Origin: Rhynchopus sp. YZ270_cl-10 | Taxonomy: Eukaryota | Direction of reading: 5' to 3' | Length of the DNA: 64,000 nt | Assembly: GCA_964035575.1 (NCBI GenBank) | Contig: OZ037838.1 | Coordinates: forward strand, 806,001-870,000 | Shown here: one piece after another, positions 54,687 through 64,000 of the stretch | Layout: every line of letters starts with the position of its first letter | How positions within the stretch are numbered: the stretch's first letter is position 1 | Made by a program: the position numbers and the translations under genes | The notes under the pieces: model-generated | The model's input: only the letters and a program-made list of their open reading frames with translations | What the model was told of the DNA's origin: nothing | Databases searched by the model: none

Positions 54687-56031
54687 TAATTTTGAAAATT
54701 TTGAAGTGGTGTGGGGTAAATAAAGTGTAGAGAGGTCTGTCTGATAAGTCTGTCCGATAAAAAAACCCCCCCAGACAAAGAGTGCTAACTTTTATCGGGG
54801 GGGTTCTCTTGCCCAAACAATCAGGGGAAATAAATTTGTTTTTTGGTATTTTTTCCCCCCCCTCAAAACCGAGTTAGTGTGCGGAAAAGGCATCTTCTTG
54901 TTGGGGGTTTTTTTTGTGGGGGTTTTTTTTTCGTTTCAAAAAAAAAAAAAAAATACATTGTGAAGACTCGAGAGTTGTTTGCTGCTTTTTATTATTTTAT
55001 TGTTTGGAAAAATACCGATGTGGGGACATAAGGAACAAAAAAAAAACCCCTGGGCAGAGTGTTTCATGTTTGTTTGATGTTGCTGCATTTTATTTTTTAC
55101 ATTTTATTTCACAGTGCCTGCGTCCGCCGATGAACAGTGGGGCGTATTTTTTTTTTTTTTTTTGCACTTCCAACTTCTCTTTTATTTGCACCGTCCGGGA
55201 CGTCTTCTGGCGTGTCTCGGGACACGTGTCAAAACTCCACATCGCATGTAAAGCAAAAGTATGTGATACGGAACATAAAAAAAAAAGTTGGGGAAAAAAA
55301 GTTGTGCGTACGGATGGCAGAAACCATCCGAGTTTTCCCCCCCAAGGTTACTGAGCACACGAGACCTTTGTTTCATTTGATGAAGTTCTCATTATTTCCT
55401 CCTGAAAAAAAGAGGAAAGTGGAGATTGCACAAACTGTGGCAACACAACCGAGGCAACTGCACTACTCCAACAATTTTATCAAAAAAAGGGCGGGTCACG
55501 TGAATTGCCCTTTCGCGGGGGTACACGTCGTAAAAGTTTTCAACAGCAAAAAAAAAAGAAAATAGCGTGCCACACATCACACATCGCTGTGGCTGTGTCC
55601 AGGTGTATGATCACCCACCACACCCTTCGTTGTGGACACAACTCATACACAAAGTTCTGCACGTCGCTTGGGTCAGTGTATCTAGAAATGCAAAGGGCGC
55701 GTCTTGACCTATTAGGACTAGCAAAGATGTACGCAAGAAGCATTCATGTTACATTTATTTCTTTTTCTTCTTTTTTTCCTTTTTTTTTTGATACGTTCCG
55801 TCATTTGTCATTTGTTATTTGTTTCCCGGTGACTAAGCAGGAGAGGCTTACAGTATGAGTATACGCTTTCCTTTTTTCTCCATTTTCCCATTTTCCCATT
55901 TTCCCTTCCATTTGCGAGACCTGCCGCCCAATCCTCTCACAACGGGCAGGTTGTGTATATTGACAGAGAGACACCAGTTCTATTCCTTCAACCCCACTCC
56001 TTTTTATAGAGAAGTGTTTGGTCACGTGATC

Positions 56032-56785
56032 TTTTCAACCTACCTTCCTTCACCCCCCCTGTAAGGGCAACCGTAGGTGAAGTAAGGTATAGTATTGAAA
56101 TCGATGTGGGGGGGGGGAAGGGTCAATTTTACACGACGGTGAAGTAACGGGTGTTACAAGTGGAGTTACAAGTGAGTTACATGTAACTTTTGTTACATGT
56201 AACTCACTTGTAACTCACTTGTAACCACCAGTTACAACCTGATTTTGCCTGTAATTCATGTATCCCACTTGTAACTCACTTGTAACTCACTTGTAACGGT
56301 TTTTCACTTGTAACGTTACATGTAACTTCACTTGTAATGTACTATACTTCACCGTCGTGTACAAAACCAGATTTTGAGGAAAATTTTGGCCAAAAATGGG
56401 TCCCACGTATAAGGAACCGGGCTCATATTTCTCAAAATTTAAGTGGTCAAAAAATTGTCCAATTTTCGAGATTGACCCCACCACTGCACGGGCGGAGCCC
56501 AAAAATGCAAATAAGGACCCTTTTTCAACCTACCTTCCTTCACCCCCCCTGTAAGGGCAACCGTAGGTGAAGTAAGGTATAGTATTGAAATCGATGTGGG
56601 GGGGGGAAAGGGTCAATTTTACAAAACCAGATTTTGAGGAAAATTTTGGCCAAAAATGGGTCCCACGTATAAGGAACCGGGCTCATATTTCTCAAAATTT
56701 AAGTGGTCAAAAAATTGTCCAATTTTCGAGATTGACCCCACCACTGCACGGGCGGAGCCCAAAAATGCAAATAAGGACCCTTTTT
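56032..56785. repeat. Tandem duplication of a ~263-bp unit; first unit carries a MITE
   Basis: TTTTCAACCTACCTTCC...AAATAAGGACCCTTTT starting at 56032 and at ~56522. Confidence 0.85.
56132..56359. mobile_element. MITE with CACGAC termini, 2-bp TSD (TA) and internal GTTACAAGTGA repeats
   Basis: CACGACGGTGAAGTA ... TACTTCACCGTCGTG. Empty site GGTCAATTTTACAAAACC in the second tandem unit (~56611). Confidence 0.88.
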
Positions 56786-56889
56786 AATTTGTTCTCTTGA
56801 AATATGTAATTTCATATTTTTGCGAAAAAAAATAAGACTGATCCCACAAGGGTTGAAGGAAGGTGGTTGAAAATTACAATAACAACAAG

Positions 56890-57378
56890 AACAAGTAATT
56901 GCTAAGAAAAAAAACGGGGTGTGCTGTGGAAAACTCCGCGCGATTTTCGAAACCACCATAGCATCCTAGCGATTTGCTGGAGGTGCTGATGTGACTGGTG
57001 TGACCGACGTGTTGTCGTCTGTGCATTCTGTGCTTCTTCCACACTGCTCCAACGACTAAACTGCGTGGGACCCTGTGGACAAAAACGAGCTGGAACACGC
57101 CGAGCCTGCCGAGCCTACTTCCAACAACGCTATCGATCAGATGGTGCTGGATGAAGAGGACAGCCCCCTTCTTGAACGTTTCATCAGATGCAGGCGTCCA
57201 GTGGGTCTGGCAGCGTACGAAGAGCGTTAACATACCTGCAGAAGAGCAGAGTGCTGGGTGTTTGAATAAAAGTTGTTGTTTTTTGCTTGAGCAGAGTGCT
57301 GGGTGTGTTGTAGATAATTTCTATAGGGTGGAGTTCCACAGCACACCCCGTTTTTTTTTCCGATAGCAATTACTTGTT
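56890..57378. mobile_element. Inverted-repeat element with ~45-bp imperfect TIRs
   Basis: AACAAGTAATTGCTA..AAAAAACGGGGTGTGCTGTGGAA ... TTCCACAGCACACCCCGTTTTTT..TAGCAATTACTTGTT. Confidence 0.7.
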
Positions 57379-58518
57379 TTTTTTAAACTTTATAGGGTGG
57401 TTTTTTTGGGATCGTTGTTGACTCTTTGTTTGTTTTCTTTATGAAGAATCCCCTTCAGTGAACCGTATGTGACCCTGCTCTATCTAGACAAGTCGTGGTT
57501 AGCGTTGTCACGTTCGTCTGTTGCACACAAGTAATAAGAGAGATTCCAGGTCTCATTGACGTCTGTTTTTCAAGAGTGTGTGTGTTGTTCTGCTCTTGTG
57601 GGTTGCTGTTCCATAGAAGCGCCTCCCCATTTGGGGTATTTTTTTGAAATACTGTGTTCAAGGTCTGGAGGCTGAGGATTGTGGGGCTTTTTTTTTTTTT
57701 GCGCGATTTCTTCTCGCAAAAAACTCCTGACATTTCAATGTCAGATGCACAACAGAAGCGTGTTAAGGAGCATTGTACACCCCTTTTCTTTTTTTTTGCT
57801 TCTTTTTGCTTCTTTTTTTTGCCGCCATTTTACTATATTCTTCCTCTCAAGGCGTGTTTTTGTGCCATCACGCACGTCTGTTCTTCTTGCCCCCTCTTTT
57901 TCCCCCTCTTTTCCCCCCCAACAACATGCACACCTGGTGGTCGACATGCAGAAGAGTATTTAGTATGAAGTTTGTGCCCGCAGAGATGTCCGCACCCTAT
58001 GACCGTTAGTTACCCTGTCTCTTGTGTTGTGCTGTCACCAACGGGCTAGCCAGGGGGTACTGCATAGTGGAACTGAGTCGTTAACGACTAGTTGATAACT
58101 CTACTGAGGCTATCATAAAAGTAGTTGTAAACAGTGTACTGTAGTAGTCCCCCCTGACTTAGTCTGCTGTGTGTACACCTCCACCCCCCCCCAACCCCCT
58201 CCGAAGTGGGATTGGTGTTACCGCTGGACTAAGGTAACACTGTCATGGGGATTTTGTATTTCAAGTCAAAAAAAAAAAAATTTTTTTTTTGGCAAAGAGG
58301 TTTCCTCTTCACTGTCCAGGTAGTGGGAGCGTATTGCAGTAATAAAAAAATATCACCACAGAATATTTATTCCACACTTTACGCACAAAACAAAACCCTC
58401 TCCGTAGCGATTGCTCTGCCTTTTTTTTTTTTTTTTTTGCGAAGTTGCACAAAAAGACTCTGCCCCAATAGCGGTTCGGGTCCTAGCACCAAGTTTTTTT
58501 TTTTTTTTTTTGTCTGTG

Positions 58519-58619
58519 CACGGTGGCCTACCAGACTCGGGGTCCGGCCAGGCGGACTCAGGGGTCCGTCCTTTAGTCCGGCCAAAAGGGTCCAGCCATT
58601 TTGGTCAGACTCCACCGTG
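58519..58619. mobile_element. ~100-bp MITE with CACGG termini and 2-bp TSD (TG)
   Basis: TG|CACGGTGG ... CCACCGTG|TG, with internal GTCCGGCCA repeats. Confidence 0.55.
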
Positions 58620-59267
58620 TGAGGTTGAATGGCAGCAGCCCCTCAACTAGAACTCATTGAATCATAGAACGAAAGGTAGGGTATCTCTGCACGCCACGTA
58701 CCTCATCCAATCCGTGAAAATGAGGATTATTTTTTTTTCCAGACCGAAATCTCCAGGGGATTTTGGTGTTTTGTAAGACTGCGTGATATTCCATTATTCC
58801 CCATTGAAGTGAACGAAGTACGTACGAGATGCAGTTTCGTCACCAACTTTTTCTCTTATTTTTGGTGATGTTGGTTGTGCAAATTTCTGCAGGGGGGTTG
58901 AGTTCAAAATAGTATGCCAAGGATTTTGTAAAGGAAAAACCATGACTACTGTCATATAATGGTAGTAACATCAAACAGCAAAGTTTTTGCAGGGGTTGAG
59001 CACATAAAAACAGAGCCGCAGGAATTTTTCCAGAATCCTGAGTCTTTTGCTCCCCCCCTTTTTTAATGATTATGTGTGCCTCATTCATGTACCAAGCTTC
59101 CTTTTCTTTCCCTTTTATTTTATTTTTCTCCCACACTGCAGAGAGCAGAGGACCCCCCCCCAACCGGACCCTACATCACACAGGATTGTCCCTGTGTTTG
59201 CAATAATTTCCGTTCATCTGATACCGTGTAAAGATGTTGGGCCGTAAAAAAGGTGAAACGTAAATAT

Positions 59268-60315
59268 GGGAGCGTCCGCGAAAGACCCCCCCCTAAAGCT
59301 AACATCCATGCTTATTGGTATTTCACTAATTAAAATTTTGGTATTTTATAAGATTTTTTTTTTAAATGAACTCAGAGTTAAGTTTCTGAGTTCATTAAAA
59401 AAAAAATCGGTGAAAAATTCCGAGTAGGTATTAATTTAGATAGGAAAAGCTATGTCAACAGCTATGTGTCCCCTTATTTTACCTGTAAATACTAAGGATA
59501 TAGGAAGGAATTCACTAATATCTGTCTCTAAACCCATTATCAAAAAGGGGGTAGGAAAGGGGGGTGGAGGCTTGTCGTCCCCTCCGAACACTCTAAATAG
59601 AGCGCGAAAGAGCTTCACGCTCCGGGTCGTCTGCGGCGACGTCGACTTTCTCGCAGAAAACCCCCTTTTTTGAGTGACCCTATTGACCTCAGTGATGAGT
59701 CTCTCCAAGAGTTACAGACAATTGTCCGCCTGTTCCTCCTCTTCCTCCTCCGTCTCGCTGTCACTGTCCTCCTGAGGGTGTCGCTGATGCAACTACAGGA
59801 GTAGTAAACGGCGGACGCCCCTTTTCTCCTGGTGGTTGTCTTCTGCATATGGAGGGACATATGCTTCGAGCTACACACCTCGCGCATCCAGCTCCTCGCG
59901 CCCCACCCTTTGCCCCCCTGCCAGTGAACCCCTGCATACACCTGCAGCTCGGCGAAGTTTTTTAGGCCTCGGAAAGGCCGGGTTTTCAGCTCCTGAGCGA
60001 ATGCTTTGGCTGCTGATTACATTTCCCCCTGTTGTGTTGTTCTATGGGTGGTTATATGGGTGTTTGTGAGGATTTCCTTGTATATCCTTAGTATTTACAG
60101 GTAAAATAAGGGGACACATAGCTGTTGACATAGCTTTTCCTATCTAAATTAATACCTACTCGGAATTTTTCACCGATTTTTTTTTTAATGAACTCAGAAA
60201 CTTAACTCTGAGTTCATTGTAAAAAAAAATCTTATAAAATACCAAAATTTTAATTAGTGAAATACCAATAAGCATGGATGTTAGCTTTAGGGGGGGGTCT
60301 TTCGCGGACGCTGCC
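59268..60315. mobile_element. Foldback-type element with ~235-bp near-perfect TIRs, ATAT on both flanks and a ~580-bp unique core
   Basis: 59268-59501 is the reverse complement of ~60081-60315 with few mismatches. Confidence 0.88.
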
Positions 60316-61133
60316 ATATGTTAGACCGTAATAATGTTGGGACGAGCGAGCCTTTTTTTGGGCTGTCCCAAAATTTTTACGGTCCAACATATTTACAGGT
60401 ACGGTAAATGGAAGCGGGAGTAGCGCATATCAGCTGTAAACCACGAAAATGGATTGTAGGACTGCATGGTTGGGGTATCCACCCCTGTACAGCCGGTCAT
60501 TTGTACCAAGGTACACTGTTTCACGAGAGGGCTGTTGTATTTCAAGTCAAGTTTTATTTTTGTCACCTCATGAAGGAGGAAATAGAAACAACGCACTTTG
60601 AACACACTTTTGCGGTTCTAGGGACGAACCGCGCTGCAGAGACACTCCTCACCAAACAGGTCGAGGTTGTGTGCGTTTCACCACAACCTCTCCCATGGGT
60701 TTTATCGTGTGATGAGTGTTAAGTTTCTATTTCGGCGATAACAAGAGATAGAGGGAGGACACTGTTAGGGTCCAGAAGAGAATCACCCGCCCTGAAAGAA
60801 AAGCGAAAAGCAAAGTAAAATCTTACCACCCCCCATTTCCCCTCCCTCTCCCCCTCTCCCCCTCCCTCTTCCCTTTTGAAAAAGTTTTAAAAAGAAAATT
60901 CTGTTTCCTTTCAACACCATAAAAATGTATAGTGAATCTCATCCTCGGGTGTCTACACTAAATATCAAACCAAATTTTTCAACAAAAAAAACAAAAAAAC
61001 AAAAAAAACGCCCTGCTGGTTAAACAAACACAACAAAACAAAACAAAAAAAAACAAAGCAAAACCTCCTTGGTGTGATTCAGGGGGTGCGGAGAACCCAC
61101 GGAAGAACCACGGAGGAACCTCGGAGAACTGCT

Positions 61134-62217
61134 AGGGGGTATACTTTTTTTTTGTTGTTCTCAGTTTCTGTCACAAGGAGAAAATGACCACAAATTTGAC
61201 TGAGAGAGGTCACCACGGGTTTGTATTGGTTGAAACGTGCCAAAAATGGCATTCGCGCGAAAAAATAACGGCGAGGAAAAAATCCCTTGAAAAAAAATGA
61301 ACCGCCCGTGTGTAGTGTGTACTGTACCGTACTGTACTGTACTGTACTGTACTGTACTGTACTGTACTGTACTGTACTGTACTGTACTGTACTGTACTGT
61401 ACTGTACTGTACTGTACTGTACTGTACTGTACTGTACTGTACTGTACTGTACTGTACTGTACTGTACTGTACTGTACTGTACTGTACTGTACTGTACTGT
61501 ACTGTACTGTACTGTACTGTACTGTACTGTACTGTACTGTACTGTACTGTACTGTACTGTACTGTACTGTACTGTACTGTACTGTACTGTACTGTACTGT
61601 ACTGTACTGTACTGTACTGTACTGTACTGTACTGTACTGTACTGTACTGTACTGTACTGTACTGTACTGTACTGTACTGTACTGTACTGTACTGTACTGT
61701 ACTGTACTGTACTGTACTGTACTGTACTGTACTGTACTGTACTGTACTGTACTGTACTGTACTGTACTGTACTGTACTGTACTGTACTGTACTGTACTGT
61801 ACTGTACTGTACTGTACTGTACTGTACTGTACTGTACTGTACTGTACTGTACTGTACTGTACTGTACTGTACTGTACTGTACTGTACTGTACTGTACTGT
61901 ACTGTACTGTACTGTACTGTACTGTACTGTACTGTACTGTACTGTACTGTACTGTACTGTACTGTACTGTACTGTACTGTACTGTACTGTACTGTACTGT
62001 ACTGTACTGTACTGTACTGTACTGTACTGTACTGTACTGTACTGTACTGTACTGTACTGTACTGTACTGTACTGTGTGTAATACGCAACTATATATGCCA
62101 TGACCGCCTTGGAGGCTTTCCCAGTCTGGATGTTTGTGGCACCCGCGTGCAGATGGTGGTCTCGAAGCCCCCCGGGTGGCGAAAACCGAAAACAACAAAA
62201 AAAAAGTATACCCCCCT
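61134..62217. mobile_element. TIR element containing the (ACTGT)n tract
   Basis: AGGGGGTATACTTTTTTTTTGTTGTT ... AACAACAAAAAAAAAGTATACCCCCCT. Confidence 0.7.
61321..62075. repeat. (ACTGT)n pentanucleotide microsatellite, ~151 units
   Basis: Direct inspection; one variant unit (ACCGT) near the start. Confidence 0.98.
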
Positions 62218-62897
62218 TACCGGAGTACCTACGGAAGAACCACGGAAGAACCTCGGAGAATCGGTTTGGGTGGTCACACCAAGACTCCTACTTTTTTTTT
62301 TCTCCCCCTCCCCCTCCCCCCTGAGCCTCTCCTCTCTTCTCCCCCTTCCCCTCCTCCCCTCTTCTTCCACTACCTATAAACAAACAAATACCGTGGTGTC
62401 TCTTATTTTCGAACAAAAAAAACGACCCAAATTCGAGAACGAAAGTTATAATACTGTACGGACATTTTACTTTATTAACCAAAACCTTAAACGAAAATAA
62501 GCTTTCAGACGAAAGTTCATTATTAGACGAACATTCATTGCTCGAAAATAAGAGACACCACGGTAACATATAGTGGAGCACACTCTAGGTGGCTACATTA
62601 ATACAACCAAGTTTTCAAATAACAAGGACATTTGACAGTGGCTGAGAAAGAGGATAAGTCGTAATCTCAATACAAAGTAACGCGCCCTTCCTCTCCAACC
62701 CCCACGTCTACAAAACTATCAAAGCAAAATTAAACAGAGCACAAAGCGCTTTCAAAATATACATTTTTTTTTTTCAAATCCCCCTCCTACCCTCCTCCCC
62801 TCCTCCCCTCTTCCACTACCTTCCAGGGGGGTCTTTTTTTTTTTGGGGGTCTTCCCCCCTCATTCCCCTCATTCCCCATATTTCCCCCCCAAAAAAA

Positions 62898-64000
62898 ATG
62901 TCAAAAAAATTCTTAAATTTCCTTCTCCCAAAGAAGAAGTATAAGGAGAATGCAGGGCATACACCGTCCCCTCCGCCACGTCCTGGGGGTACTGGGGGGC
63001 TGCAGAGAAGGGGGTCGGTGATTGCGGGGCGGCGCATCACCCCGCAGGAGGAGTCCATCCGGCTGGCGAGAAAACTCCGTTTTGGGGAGTTGTGGAGCAG
63101 TGTCTGGGCTTTGCTTATGAATAATAGAGAAGATTTGAAGGTAGGTGGCGGGGCCGCCCTCCGATACAACGCCGGCGCCCTTTCATACATCTCAAAAGGA
63201 TTAAGCGAACTCTGCACCATCCTCCACAATGAAGCCAGAGACACCCTCTGCGGGGAAGCACCCCCATGCTACGAACTTCTCCTCAACCGCGACGTCGTCA
63301 AACTTATGTGCGAATACTGCAACCCTTCTTCAGATCCTCGAGTAACCGCATCTCCAATCTACGTTCAGCTCCTTGCCTTTATTTCTGATATCGTAATATT
63401 TGCTGGTGGGTCCGAAGAACGACCTTTGTTGGGACAGCACAAACAGATTATTTCCCCCTTGGTTCGATTGTTAAATGCGTTATCAGAATTTGCGGATGCG
63501 CCTCCATCAGAAAATCCAGTCGCCGCCCCGCAGATGTTGAAGGTGAGGTATTCGTTGCTATACATAATGTACGGTATTGCACATCAACTGCAAAAATTTC
63601 CGCATTGCTTGATATTCTTTTTAGAGGAACCACAGTCTCCTGGTGCGAAGGGGACATCAGGGTTGCTCTTGGCGAAGCTTTGCCAAGGGTATATCGGGAG
63701 TGATGATTATGTGTTTGCAGAAATATTTTTTGCGGAGGAGCAGCGGGCCAACCCCAACTACGATTTGATAACGCGAGACAAACGGAACACCGCAGACCGT
63801 CTTGCAAGCTCGCAACGTACAAAGCCACCGCGGGGTGCAGACCCGCTTAGCAGTAGCATGCGATCGGCGTCTCCAATGGGAGAAGGTTTGAAGCGGTCTG
63901 CCTCTTATTCGCACGGCGCTGCTCTTGGTGTGTCACCCCCTTCGCCACAGCGGGTAGGAAGGTCGCCGACACATGAAACCCATCTGCACGATGAAGTTGC
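62898..64000 (+). CDS. FHIP/FAM160 (RAI16-like, FTS-Hook interacting protein family) gene, 3'-truncated by the window end
   Basis: Manual translation from ATG 62898 (MSKKFLNFLLPKKK...) is open to 64000. LCTILHNE..PPCYELLLNRDVVKLM, LLAFISDIV, PLLGQHKQIISPLVRLL and QKFPHCLIFF resemble the FAM160 N-terminal domain. Confidence 0.7.
   Translation, partial: MSKKFLNFLLPKKKYKENAGHTPSPPPRPGGTGGLQRRGSVIAGRRITPQEESIRLARKLRFGELWSSVWALLMNNREDLKVGGGAALRYNAGALSYISKGLSELCTILHNEARDTLCGEAPPCYELLLNRDVVKLMCEYCNPSSDPRVTASPIYVQLLAFISDIVIFAGGSEERPLLGQHKQIISPLVRLLNALSEFADAPPSENPVAAPQMLKVRYSLLYIMYGIAHQLQKFPHCLIFFLEEPQSPGAKGTSGLLLAKLCQGYIGSDDYVFAEIFFAEEQRANPNYDLITRDKRNTADRLASSQRTKPPRGADPLSSSMRSASPMGEGLKRSASYSHGAALGVSPPSPQRVGRSPTHETHLHDEV

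Noticed and set aside
61162..61171. CAGTTTCTGT resembling the euglenozoan spliced-leader core
   Set aside because: Only 10 nt match, the following ACTTTATTG is absent, and it lies within a TIR.
61079..62198. Long ORFs reading (YSTVQ)n or (YCTVL)n
   Set aside because: Artefacts of the stop-free ACTGT microsatellite; open in most frames.

Overview
Eukaryotic genomic DNA, probably from a euglenozoan protist. This is inferred from intron-less genes all on the + strand with pyrimidine tract/AG upstream and a euglenozoan-looking LSU rRNA fragment. The window is dominated by a dispersed array of 15 paralogous genes (12 intact, 3 disrupted; 12.6-50.5 kb). Each encodes a near-invariant N-terminal ubiquitin-like domain fused to a 7-bladed WD40-like beta-propeller, ending HLYPHNSE in most copies. 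The propeller alternates conserved blocks with about 14 hypervariable loop segments predicted to lie on one face. Identical variable segments recur in different combinations between paralogs, which suggests a recombinationally shuffled intracellular recognition repertoire. Single-copy genes in the window: a dynein-AAA6-like protein, a divergent Ubl-WD40 with a C-terminal CC motif, zeta-COP, an AMMECR1-domain protein, a TPR-like protein, an RI-type LRR protein, a Tweety/prominin-like membrane protein, and the 5' part of an FHIP/FAM160-like gene missing from the ORF track. Intergenic DNA contains a decayed LINE, a mariner-like transposase remnant, an rDNA fragment, a 755-bp (ACTGT)n tract and many non-autonomous TIR elements. 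For several of these the target-site duplication can be read against an empty paralogous site in the window. All family assignments come from motif recognition by eye, not database searches.
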